This document shows, one piece after another, positions 39,259 to 47,995 of a stretch of DNA of 64,000 bases (the stretch's first letter is position 1; every line of letters starts with the position of its first letter). Position numbers and translations under genes: made by a program. The notes beneath the pieces were generated by a model. The model did not search any database and was not told where the DNA came from. It saw nothing but the letters and a program-made list of their open reading frames with translations. Source of the DNA: Bacteroidia bacterium (GTDB lineage Bacteria; Bacteroidota; Bacteroidia; Bacteroidales; GWA2-32-17); assembly GCA_016218155.1 (NCBI GenBank), contig JACREQ010000105.1, positions 129,294 to 193,293 on the forward strand, read 5' to 3'.

Positions 39259-40373
39259 TTTGTGATTATAAGTTTATTTGTTGCAACTTTTTTTCCGTCA
39301 AGCTCAAGATTATAATAATAGACACCTGAAGCAACTGTTTTATTATAACATTTTCCATCCCATTCAACCGAATACTTATTTTGTTTACCAGAAATATCTA
39401 CTGGCAATATCCGTATCATTTCACCTGTTGAATTGTAGATTTTAATCAATGTATTTGAATTGTGAGTATTATCAGGCAATTCAAATGAGATTGCAGTTTT
39501 TCCATTGGAAGGATTTGGGAAACAGCTTAATGAAAAATTTTGATTTATTGACATTAATACTACACGGTTTAAAAGAGTATCTAAAGTAAATTCATAATAA
39601 TTTAGAGAATCAGGTTCAATAAAAACTATAGTATCTAAAAGCAAAGAGGATGTGGTAAAAAGTTGAATAAGTTGCTTTCCACTTTTTAAATAAACATTAA
39701 ACTTACCAGAAGTATCTGTAACACCATGGTCAAATTCAATTTCACAAGCTCCCATACCTGCATAATAGAAATCATGATTATTGCTTATGAGAATACCACT
39801 AATTGGATTATGCATTAAATCGAAAACTTTACCTTTACAAGTTCCCATAAAATCGGTAGCCTGATGAGCATTAATACCAATACTCGGAATATTTTCCTTT
39901 ACTAAACGATAATTTGTTTCAAATTGTCCCAACATAAAGCTCCAACAACTATAAGTTTGATTTACAATAGACTGTCCGGCAATAGGAGAACTTATAGAAT
40001 AAGTAAGATTACTGCCAAAGCTAATTCCATCAATTAAATATGTATCAGAAAATATTGTTTTTTCAATATTAATAAAATCTCCTGTTCTAAATATTTTAAG
40101 CAGTGTTTGCAAACTATCTTGAGTAATCACAATAATACTTCCCTGTGTTATATGAATCCCATTTTTAAAAAGAGCAGTTCCAAATGAAGTTGTAATCTGA
40201 TATCCATCAAGAATTGTATCATAATTAAAAGTCGGGTTGAAACACAATTCGAGGTACCAAATGGAATCGTTAACTAAATAGAATTCACTTATTATAGGAG
40301 GTGGAGTTATTGGATTTGCCTTAATAATGCCTATAGAAAATAAGAACATTAATGAGATAATTATTTTTTTCAT
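39255..40373 (-). CDS. T9SS type A C-terminal-domain secreted protein
   Basis: 372 aa; signal peptide; C-terminus CFPNPSNGKTAISFELP...IKIYNSTGEMIRIL...ASGVYYYNLELDGKKVATNKLIITK. Confidence 0.85.
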   Translation of the reverse strand: MKKIIISLMFLFSIGIIKANPITPPPIISEFYLVNDSIWYLELCFNPTFNYDTILDGYQITTSFGTALFKNGIHITQGSIIVITQDSLQTLLKIFRTGDFINIEKTIFSDTYLIDGISFGSNLTYSISSPIAGQSIVNQTYSCWSFMLGQFETNYRLVKENIPSIGINAHQATDFMGTCKGKVFDLMHNPISGILISNNHDFYYAGMGACEIEFDHGVTDTSGKFNVYLKSGKQLIQLFTTSSLLLDTIVFIEPDSLNYYEFTLDTLLNRVVLMSINQNFSLSCFPNPSNGKTAISFELPDNTHNSNTLIKIYNSTGEMIRILPVDISGKQNKYSVEWDGKCYNKTVASGVYYYNLELDGKKVATNKLIITK

Positions 40374-40472
40374 ATATAACCTTTATAATTCAGACAATAA
40401 AGATATTCAAAAAGATGCAACTTAAATATATGTTATTTAACAATCTAAATAAATTCTCCGTTCTTATTAAAC

Positions 40473-41933
40473 TTATTTTGAATTAGTCAATTTATATCTG
40501 CACAATGTTGCATTTGCTAAAACAAAAGGTTCTTCTTGTTTTATTAATGTTCTTCCAAATTGAACAATTGTGTCCGGATATGATTCAAACCACAAATCTT
40601 TAATAAGATAAATTTTTTCTTGTTTAAAAACTTCATCAACCAATTTATAATTCCTTACACACGCCTGATCGTGAGGGGTAGCTTTAATTACATCAGGTTT
40701 ATTAATTGAACAAATATATGAATTCCAATAATCTCCGATAATACCTATTTCGCCTAACTTATCAAGCTCTGAGATAATTTCAGAATATGGTTTAAATGGG
40801 TGAAACCAAATATATTTTACAGTAAAAAGAGTACCGAAACTACCTATAATTACAGTTACTAAAAGAACATATTTTACTAAATAATATTTAATTTTGCTTA
40901 ATTCAAGATTCTCAAAAAGAACAAGAATAGCAACTGAAAGCGAAATATAAGTGCAATTAAAATATCTTCTTGGAACACCATTCATAAATGTCCATTTAGT
41001 TATCATAATTACAATAAATATTACAATAACATCAATTAACAAGAATATAAAAAGTCTTTTTGATAACAACTCCTTAAATCTAATATTTTTCGAAAACCAA
41101 ATAAATAAAGCCACCGTAAATAGTGCCAGATATGAATATATACTGGTAAATGTTTCATTAATTTTAAAAAGGAAAATGTCATTTAAAGATTTTGCGAAAA
41201 TTTTAAAAGTCTCAATAATTTCTTCTGGTTTACTTAATAAAGTATAATCGGTTCTGTTGGCTGAATTACTTTTAGCATAGAAGATAAAACATGAACCTAA
41301 CAACGTACAGAACAACAGATAATAAATAAATTTATTATTTAAGATTGTTTTTAATGAAAAGTCTTTAAGGAAATAATACAAATACAGAAACACAAATAAA
41401 GCAACTGAAACCAATGCCAGATCTGAATCCCAGACAGCAATAATAAATGATAACATTGCAAATAGAAAAAAAAGGTGACTCTTAATATTGCTACTATTTT
41501 GTTTTAAAATAAAGTAAATACCTAAAAACAAAAACATATACTGAATACTCAAAGTTAATTGAGTAACTTCAACTTCCCTTGCCGGTGGCAAAAACAAAAT
41601 TAACGCAAGCATTAACTTCGTGAAATAGTTCTTAAAAAAAGATGAGATTGAGAAAAATCCGATTATTAAAATTAAATAATGAACAATGGCTTCAGAATAA
41701 ATTGCAGATAAGTGAAATAACTTGTTTGGTATTTGAGCAAACAATGGAATAACTGAGCCCATTCTATCCTGCCCCCAGAAATAAATATCATCTGGCAAAT
41801 TAAAATAATGAACCATTAAAATGGTAACGGCATTATCAGAATTTAACCCTGGATAAAAGACAGAAGAATATATTCTAAACGAAATAATAACAATAATCAA
41901 AAAAGTTAAATAATATGCAATCTTCTTAATCAA
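40473..41933 (-). CDS. Polytopic membrane protein with a C-terminal soluble domain; possible GT-C-type glycosyltransferase
   Basis: 486 aa with at least 10 hydrophobic segments and a roughly 110-aa non-hydrophobic tail. Only a TTG start is available, 22 nt after the PGM/PMM stop. The family assignment is a guess from topology alone. Confidence 0.7.
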   Translation of the reverse strand: MIKKIAYYLTFLIIVIISFRIYSSVFYPGLNSDNAVTILMVHYFNLPDDIYFWGQDRMGSVIPLFAQIPNKLFHLSAIYSEAIVHYLILIIGFFSISSFFKNYFTKLMLALILFLPPAREVEVTQLTLSIQYMFLFLGIYFILKQNSSNIKSHLFFLFAMLSFIIAVWDSDLALVSVALFVFLYLYYFLKDFSLKTILNNKFIYYLLFCTLLGSCFIFYAKSNSANRTDYTLLSKPEEIIETFKIFAKSLNDIFLFKINETFTSIYSYLALFTVALFIWFSKNIRFKELLSKRLFIFLLIDVIVIFIVIMITKWTFMNGVPRRYFNCTYISLSVAILVLFENLELSKIKYYLVKYVLLVTVIIGSFGTLFTVKYIWFHPFKPYSEIISELDKLGEIGIIGDYWNSYICSINKPDVIKATPHDQACVRNYKLVDEVFKQEKIYLIKDLWFESYPDTIVQFGRTLIKQEEPFVLANATLCRYKLTNSK

Positions 41934-41955
41934 GTTATTATTATTTGCTAATTCT

Positions 41956-43371
41956 TTAAGTATTTAAACTATTGACTGCCTTTAAAGCCTCTTCATGAAA
42001 TTTAATTAACCTTTCCGGAGTTGAAGTCTCGGCATATAATCTCAATAAAGGCTCGGTTCCTGAGGGGCGAATCATTATCCACTCATTTTCATTTATAAAA
42101 TATTTATATCCATCAAGTGTTTCAAGATGCTCAACTTTAAACTCTCCAAACTCTTTAAACATATCGTTTTTACAAGCCTGAATAACTTTATTCTTTACCT
42201 TATCTTCAATTTTTAAATCGTTTCGACTATAAAAGAAAGTGCCTGTTATTTTGTAAATCTCATCTATTATTTGCGTAATGTTTTTTCCGGTTTCATTCAT
42301 AAATTGCCAGATTGTTAAACCCATCCAGACTCCATCACGTTCAGGGATATGACCTTTGCAAGTAATACCACCAGACTCTTCGCCACCAACAAGAACATCT
42401 TCATGCAACATTACCTTACAAATATCTTTAAACCCAATTTTAACACGCTGCACAGGAATATTGTATTTTTCGCAAAGCTTCTCAACTTTTACAGTACTTG
42501 AAAAACCTGTAACAACTTTCCCTTTTAATTTCTTATATTCTGCAAGATAGTATGTTAAAATTAATATAATAAGATGTGAATTAATGTAGTTTCCTTTGCC
42601 ATCATAAAGTGCAATACGGTCAGCATCACCATCTACAGCTAAACCACAATCAATTTTTCCACTGTTTGCTATAAAATTACTGAATTCTAATAAATTTTTA
42701 TGTAATGGTTCAGGTGCAATACCGCAGAATGAGGGGTTATTTTCGCAATGCAAAAGAGCTATATCAGGAAAAAGTTTTCTCATAACATTTTGCCCTGCAC
42801 CATACATTGCATCAAAAGCGAATTTAAATTTTGATTTGCGAAGTGCTTCAATATCAAAGTTTGCATAAACATGATTTAAATACATTTCTTCTAAATCAAC
42901 TACTTTAATAAATCCAGTTTTGATTAATTCATCTATTTTTAAAGACTCAAGAACCAATCCATGTTCTTCAGGAATTATTGCCTCAATTTCTTTTGTTCCT
43001 TCTTCTAACAAAGGACCTCCGTGATCACCCTTTAGTTTGTAACCATTATAATCAGGAGGATTATGACTTGCAGTAATCATTATGCCAATCTGAGCTTTTT
43101 CCTTCACAACAGCTAACGAAACAGCAGGAGTAGAAACAGCAGAATTGCATAATTTTACTTTTATTTCATATTTTGCTAATACTGTTGCTACAGTTTCGGC
43201 AAACATTTTTCCACCAAAACGAAAATCATAACCAACAACTGCAGTAGGGTTTTTATATTTTTTATTTAACCAGATAGCAACCGCAACACTTACTTTAGCT
43301 ACATTATCTACAGTAAAGTCTTTTGCAATAATAGCCCTCCAACCATCTGTTCCAAATTTAATTTTTGTCAT
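41956..43371 (-). CDS. Phosphoglucomutase/phosphomannomutase family protein
   Basis: 471 aa; active-site TASHNPPDYNGYK, metal loop AVDGDADR, GGEESGG. Confidence 0.9.
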   Translation of the reverse strand: MTKIKFGTDGWRAIIAKDFTVDNVAKVSVAVAIWLNKKYKNPTAVVGYDFRFGGKMFAETVATVLAKYEIKVKLCNSAVSTPAVSLAVVKEKAQIGIMITASHNPPDYNGYKLKGDHGGPLLEEGTKEIEAIIPEEHGLVLESLKIDELIKTGFIKVVDLEEMYLNHVYANFDIEALRKSKFKFAFDAMYGAGQNVMRKLFPDIALLHCENNPSFCGIAPEPLHKNLLEFSNFIANSGKIDCGLAVDGDADRIALYDGKGNYINSHLIILILTYYLAEYKKLKGKVVTGFSSTVKVEKLCEKYNIPVQRVKIGFKDICKVMLHEDVLVGGEESGGITCKGHIPERDGVWMGLTIWQFMNETGKNITQIIDEIYKITGTFFYSRNDLKIEDKVKNKVIQACKNDMFKEFGEFKVEHLETLDGYKYFINENEWIMIRPSGTEPLLRLYAETSTPERLIKFHEEALKAVNSLNT

Positions 43372-43397
43372 AATTTATTATGTTTTTAACCATAAAG

Positions 43398-43578
43398 CGC
43401 TAAGTTCGCAAAGGTATTTAAAATTTTGTTTAAGTTATTTGTGATTCTTTGTTGATTGTCCAATATTTTTCTTTCTAAAATATTATTTATTTGCGTCTTT
43501 GCTTGTTTTTTTTTATTTTCTCGCAAAGATCGCTAAGGTCGATAAGATATTTTGCGTTGCGCTCTTTGCGTCTTTGTG
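43398..43578. repeat. Cluster of CGCAAAG/CTTTGCG-type short repeats in an intergenic region
   Basis: Direct repeat CGCTAAGTTCGCAAAG (43398-43413) versus CGCTAAGGTCGATAAG (43531-43546). Inverted pair CGCAAAGATCGC (43522-43533) / GCGCTCTTTGCG (43559-43570). Extra GCGTCTTTGC (43493-43502) and TCTTTGTG (43571-43578). Confidence 0.4.
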
Positions 43579-43585
43579 TAATATT

Positions 43586-44647
43586 TTATTTTATCTTTCT
43601 TTTATTTAATGCATTTCTATACCTAGTAGCATTTTTCTCGTGCTCATTTAATGTTTTAGCAAAATTATGATACCCCGAGAAATCTTCTTTTGCACAGAAA
43701 TAAATATACTGATGTTTAGTATAATTTAGAACTGCATCTAAAGTTTTTGGCCAGGGAATACATATTGGTCCCGGAGGTAAACCCTGATAACGATAAGTAT
43801 TGTAAGGTGAATCTGTCTCAAGATGTTTTTTTAATACACGCTTCAATGTAAAATCTCCAACTGCATAAATAACAGTAGGATCTGCCTGCAAAAGCATTCC
43901 CTTTTTTAAACGATTAACATAAACACCAGCGACATCTGACATTTCATCATTTTTATATGTTTCCTGCTGAACTATAGAAGCTAAAATTGAAACTTCAGTC
44001 TGAGTCATTCCAGCATTACTTGCATTTTGTTGCCTTTCGTCATTCCAGAATGCTTTATACTCTTTTGCCATTCTTGCAAAAAACTCATCAGCAGAGGTAT
44101 TCCAATTAAATTCATATGTATTTGGAATAATCATAACCATAATAGTGTTTTTTGTAAAACCAAATTTCTCGGCAAAACTTTCACTTTCAAACAAATCAAC
44201 AATTGTTGCTGAATCAACTTCAAGATTTGCTCCTATTTTACCGGCTAATTCTTCCTTTGTTCTAAAACCTCTTATTACTAGATTTACAGGCTCTTGCTCA
44301 CCAGATCTTAATAAATTAATGAGTTCATTATTACTCATATCATTACTTATTTTATACTTACCGGGCTTAATGTGGTCAACATAATTTTTTTGCTCGGAAA
44401 GCCATTCAAAGGATGAGACATCTAACAATAAACTATCCTTGTTTAAAATCTGAAGTAAATCATTAAAGTTAGAACCTGTTGGAATATACAAATATGTTTT
44501 TTGTTTTGTAGTTTTTACATTGGGGAAATAAATTTTTTTATAGTATGAATATCCAGTAATCCCACCAATTATAATTGACAAGAACAGAATACTTAAAATA
44601 ATTTTAAGTATAAATTTTAGTTTTGATTTTTTCTTTGCTTTTGCCAC
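43586..44647 (-). CDS. mltG: Endolytic murein transglycosylase MltG (YceG-like)
   Basis: 353 aa; N-terminal TM; ASIVQQE, ADPTVIYA, SPYNTYRYQGLPPGPI motifs. Confidence 0.9.
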   Translation of the reverse strand: MAKAKKKSKLKFILKIILSILFLSIIIGGITGYSYYKKIYFPNVKTTKQKTYLYIPTGSNFNDLLQILNKDSLLLDVSSFEWLSEQKNYVDHIKPGKYKISNDMSNNELINLLRSGEQEPVNLVIRGFRTKEELAGKIGANLEVDSATIVDLFESESFAEKFGFTKNTIMVMIIPNTYEFNWNTSADEFFARMAKEYKAFWNDERQQNASNAGMTQTEVSILASIVQQETYKNDEMSDVAGVYVNRLKKGMLLQADPTVIYAVGDFTLKRVLKKHLETDSPYNTYRYQGLPPGPICIPWPKTLDAVLNYTKHQYIYFCAKEDFSGYHNFAKTLNEHEKNATRYRNALNKRKIK

Positions 44648-44762
44648 TTTAAAAAATAATTACAAAGATAAACCGATTTAATTTTAAGTTTCTAAAATTT
44701 GACATAATTATTAACTATTCATATTTCATGTATTTTTAGTAATTTTAACTTTCGCAAAAATT

Positions 44763-45494
44763 ATGTATAAACTTTATTACTTGCTAATTCTGGTCATAGT
44801 TTTTGGTTCGTGTTCAAAAGGACATCGTTGTGATTGTTTTGTGTCTAATGGCAAAGAATTAGAAGAAGTTAGAGAGTTGTCAGACTTTACTGAACTTGAA
44901 ATTGAAAATGTTTTTGATATTAAATTAAAAGTTGATACAATAAATCAGATTAGAATAATTACAGGCAAAAACTTGATTAAAGGTATAGAAACTGTAGTTG
45001 AAAACAATCGACTTTATATAAAGAACACAAATAAATGCAATTGGTCGAGAAAATTTATTGGAAAAATAAAACTTGAAATTTCGCTAAATAATATTTCTTA
45101 CATAAATTTAATGGGAAGCTCAGACATTAGTTGCACAGACACGCTTTATGGCAACGAACTTAAAGTTGATGATTGGGCAGATATTTCAAATGTGAATCTT
45201 ACTCTAGATTACAATTCGTTAATTTATGCTCTTCATGCAGGTACTGGTAACATTATACTTAAAGGAAAAGTTATTTCAGCAAACTATTGGAATAACGGCT
45301 ATAGTAATTTTGATTTTAACTATTTAATTACAAATAATTGCAATGTAATGTCAAACTCAACCGGATTTACAAAAATTAATGTAAAGGACGAACTAAGCGC
45401 AAAGCTTTTTAATTCAGGTAATATATACTTGGAAGGTAACCCATCAAAAATTACATCCACACAAAATGGGTCGGGTGAGTTAATAAGGAATTAA
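44763..45494 (+). CDS. DUF2807 / head-GIN-domain lipoprotein
   Basis: 243 aa; lipobox VFGSC; beta-helix-like repeats ending in GSGNIYLEGNP...NGSGELI. Confidence 0.75.
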   Translation: MYKLYYLLILVIVFGSCSKGHRCDCFVSNGKELEEVRELSDFTELEIENVFDIKLKVDTINQIRIITGKNLIKGIETVVENNRLYIKNTNKCNWSRKFIGKIKLEISLNNISYINLMGSSDISCTDTLYGNELKVDDWADISNVNLTLDYNSLIYALHAGTGNIILKGKVISANYWNNGYSNFDFNYLITNNCNVMSNSTGFTKINVKDELSAKLFNSGNIYLEGNPSKITSTQNGSGELIRN

Positions 45495-46678
45495 CTAGAC
45501 CGTTTGGCACGTTCCCAATTTACTGATTGGTTACCTTTTATATATCTAAACAAACCAAGCCAGGAAGCATAATTCATCATAAAAATATAATATGGAACAA
45601 AAAGTATTTTTAATTTAATATTCATACTTTGCATTATCCATCCGAGTAATGTTATAATATAGTACAAAAGTTGCAATAAAAATAAAACTGAGTAAACAGT
45701 TAATTGATTATAACCATCAAAATATACTAATAATAAATTAATAATAAATAATAGTGGTAATGCAAATGGAACAATAAGCCAACGAGAAATCTTATGCGAA
45801 ACAAACTGAAAAGTCAATCTAAAATCATGAAAAGGATTTAATGCTTTTGTTAAACGAAAAGTTGACTGAACAGCTCCGGCAGCAATTCTTACCTTTCTTT
45901 TCAATTCTTCTTTTACATTTGCTGATGAAGATTCATAGGCATATGCTTGAGGTACATATTTTATCAAATTGCCATTAATTGCAATCCTCATCGACATTAT
46001 AAAATCATCAAGAAGTGTATCAGGTTCTACTTCATTAAAAAGCTCTGTACGAATTGCAAAAAGCTCACCTGCAGCACCAACAGTAGTATAAAACTCAGAA
46101 TCCATTTTCTTTAAAAAAGATTCATATTTCCAATATATCCCTTCACCCGATCCTGCTGCGGAATCAACTGATTTATCAAAAATTCTTTTTTCACCGGCAA
46201 CACAACCAACTATTGGGTCATCAAAAGCTCTTACAATCTCTTTAATGCTATTTTGCGATAGCATAGTGTTAGCATCACAGAAAACCACAATTGGAGTTTT
46301 AATTGTTTTCATACCACGATTAATGGCATTTATTTTTCCTGCTCTTTCAGAATTATGTAAAACAGTTATATTATTATATGTTGAGAGTAATTCAGGAGTT
46401 CCATCATTTGATCCATCAGTGACCCATAAAAAGTGAAGTTTCTCTTTTGGATAATTTAATAGAACACTGTTTTTTACTTTCTCCTCAACATAATCTATTT
46501 CATTAAATGCTGCAATAAAAAGTGTGACTTCTGTTTCTTCGGAATTTATTTCTGGTTTATTTTTACTAAACAATCTTTTTAAGGCAACTAAAATATATAG
46601 CAAAAGCCCATATCCTACATAAGAATAAAATACCATTATCAGCAAAAACCAGAATAATATCTGAAGGGTTAGCATCAA
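45491..46678 (-). CDS. Family 2 glycosyltransferase, membrane-integrated (processive synthase-like)
   Basis: 395 aa; N-terminal TM, GT-A core (VTLFIAAFNE..., TDGSNDGT, FCDANT, GAAGELFAIR) and C-terminal TM bundle. Confidence 0.85.
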   Translation of the reverse strand: MMLTLQILFWFLLIMVFYSYVGYGLLLYILVALKRLFSKNKPEINSEETEVTLFIAAFNEIDYVEEKVKNSVLLNYPKEKLHFLWVTDGSNDGTPELLSTYNNITVLHNSERAGKINAINRGMKTIKTPIVVFCDANTMLSQNSIKEIVRAFDDPIVGCVAGEKRIFDKSVDSAAGSGEGIYWKYESFLKKMDSEFYTTVGAAGELFAIRTELFNEVEPDTLLDDFIMSMRIAINGNLIKYVPQAYAYESSSANVKEELKRKVRIAAGAVQSTFRLTKALNPFHDFRLTFQFVSHKISRWLIVPFALPLLFIINLLLVYFDGYNQLTVYSVLFLLQLLYYIITLLGWIMQSMNIKLKILFVPYYIFMMNYASWLGLFRYIKGNQSVNWERAKRSS

Positions 46679-46768
46679 AAATCTTTTTGGTAAAGTTATA
46701 TAGTTAAAACATAAAAAAAAACCTCACCTGAATTAAGGCAAGGCGTATTTTATTTTACTATAAAAATA

Positions 46769-47596
46769 TCAAAAATCTATATCAACTGAAATGCCATTAA
46801 TGGTCACCATGGCTTTTCTATCACATTCACCATTTCCAAAATCAATTATTCTTTTAGCGATATCCTGAGGAATCAATTCAAGCTTACCTTGAGTGATTGT
46901 GCTATTCAGACATGAATTATCAAATTTTAAAGAACTTGTTATATTCGATTCATATCCTTTACCATTACAATTAATTCCAGTCTTATTCCCAGATAATAAA
47001 AAAACATCATCACTAAAATTATCTATTGTATTTAAACCTGTTACCCATTTTGTTGTATTACTAGAACTCCATTGTGTATGCTTTCCGTTTTCAAAAATTA
47101 ATTCTGCATTACTAGTAGCTAGAGTAAATGACGGAACACTATCCAAGAACCCATTGAACAAAACCGAAAATGTTCCAATTATTTGAACATTGTTCTCGTA
47201 ATAATTGTTAGTAGTAATTTCTGCTGAAATTGGACTTGAGGATGGCTCAATCTCCCATTTACTATTTATTACAGCGATTAATTTTCCTTTACGTAATTTA
47301 CCATCAGAACAATTTATACCATTACAATAATCAAGAATTAAAGTTTTTGGAAAAGAATCTAAAGGGTAAAGTGGAGTAATTGAAACAATAATATTAGAAT
47401 CAACATTTGTTTGCTTTGCACCTAAAAATACTAAAGCATAGCTATTTACCGTTGAAAAAACACTCTGAACTGCATTGTCAGCACTTATATCATCAATCAC
47501 TGACTGATAATCATTATCAACAACCAACTCTTCTTTTTTACAAGAAAATTGTAAAACTAATGAGAAAATAAAAATTATGATTGCCAGTTTCTTCAT
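46769..47596 (-). CDS. Hypothetical lipoprotein
   Basis: 275 aa; lipobox LQFSC. Confidence 0.65.
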   Translation of the reverse strand: MKKLAIIIFIFSLVLQFSCKKEELVVDNDYQSVIDDISADNAVQSVFSTVNSYALVFLGAKQTNVDSNIIVSITPLYPLDSFPKTLILDYCNGINCSDGKLRKGKLIAVINSKWEIEPSSSPISAEITTNNYYENNVQIIGTFSVLFNGFLDSVPSFTLATSNAELIFENGKHTQWSSSNTTKWVTGLNTIDNFSDDVFLLSGNKTGINCNGKGYESNITSSLKFDNSCLNSTITQGKLELIPQDIAKRIIDFGNGECDRKAMVTINGISVDIDF

Positions 47597-47665
47597 TTTT
47601 TTCTATATGAAACACAGCAAATAGACTTATAATATAATACTAAGGTTGCACTAATAAATAACGAT

Positions 47666-47986
47666 TTATGCTTCACCTGCAGGACCTCCAAAGGTCATTG
47701 GCATAATTGGTCCCTGTTCGGTAACTTTTACGTTACCAAACTGAGACTCAAATTTTGCTACATTTTCCTTAAGAGCTAAAAGTAAACGCTTTGCATGTTC
47801 AGGAGTTAAAATAACTCTTGATTTTACTTTAGCCTTAGGTACACCAGGCATTATTCTAACAAAATCAATAACAAATTCTGAACTAGAATGTGTAATAACC
47901 GCTAAATTAGAATATACACCCTGAGCGGTTTCCTCATCCAATTCAATATTTATTTGCCCTGTGTTAATATTTTTATTGTCTTCCAT
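47666..47986 (-). CDS. DUF3467 domain protein
   Basis: 106 aa; INIELDEETAQGVYSNLAVITHSSSEFVIDFVRIMPG...LTPEHAKRLLLAL; 9 nt downstream of rpoC. Confidence 0.8.
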   Translation of the reverse strand: MEDNKNINTGQINIELDEETAQGVYSNLAVITHSSSEFVIDFVRIMPGVPKAKVKSRVILTPEHAKRLLLALKENVAKFESQFGNVKVTEQGPIMPMTFGGPAGEA

Positions 47987-47995
47987 ATTTATTTA

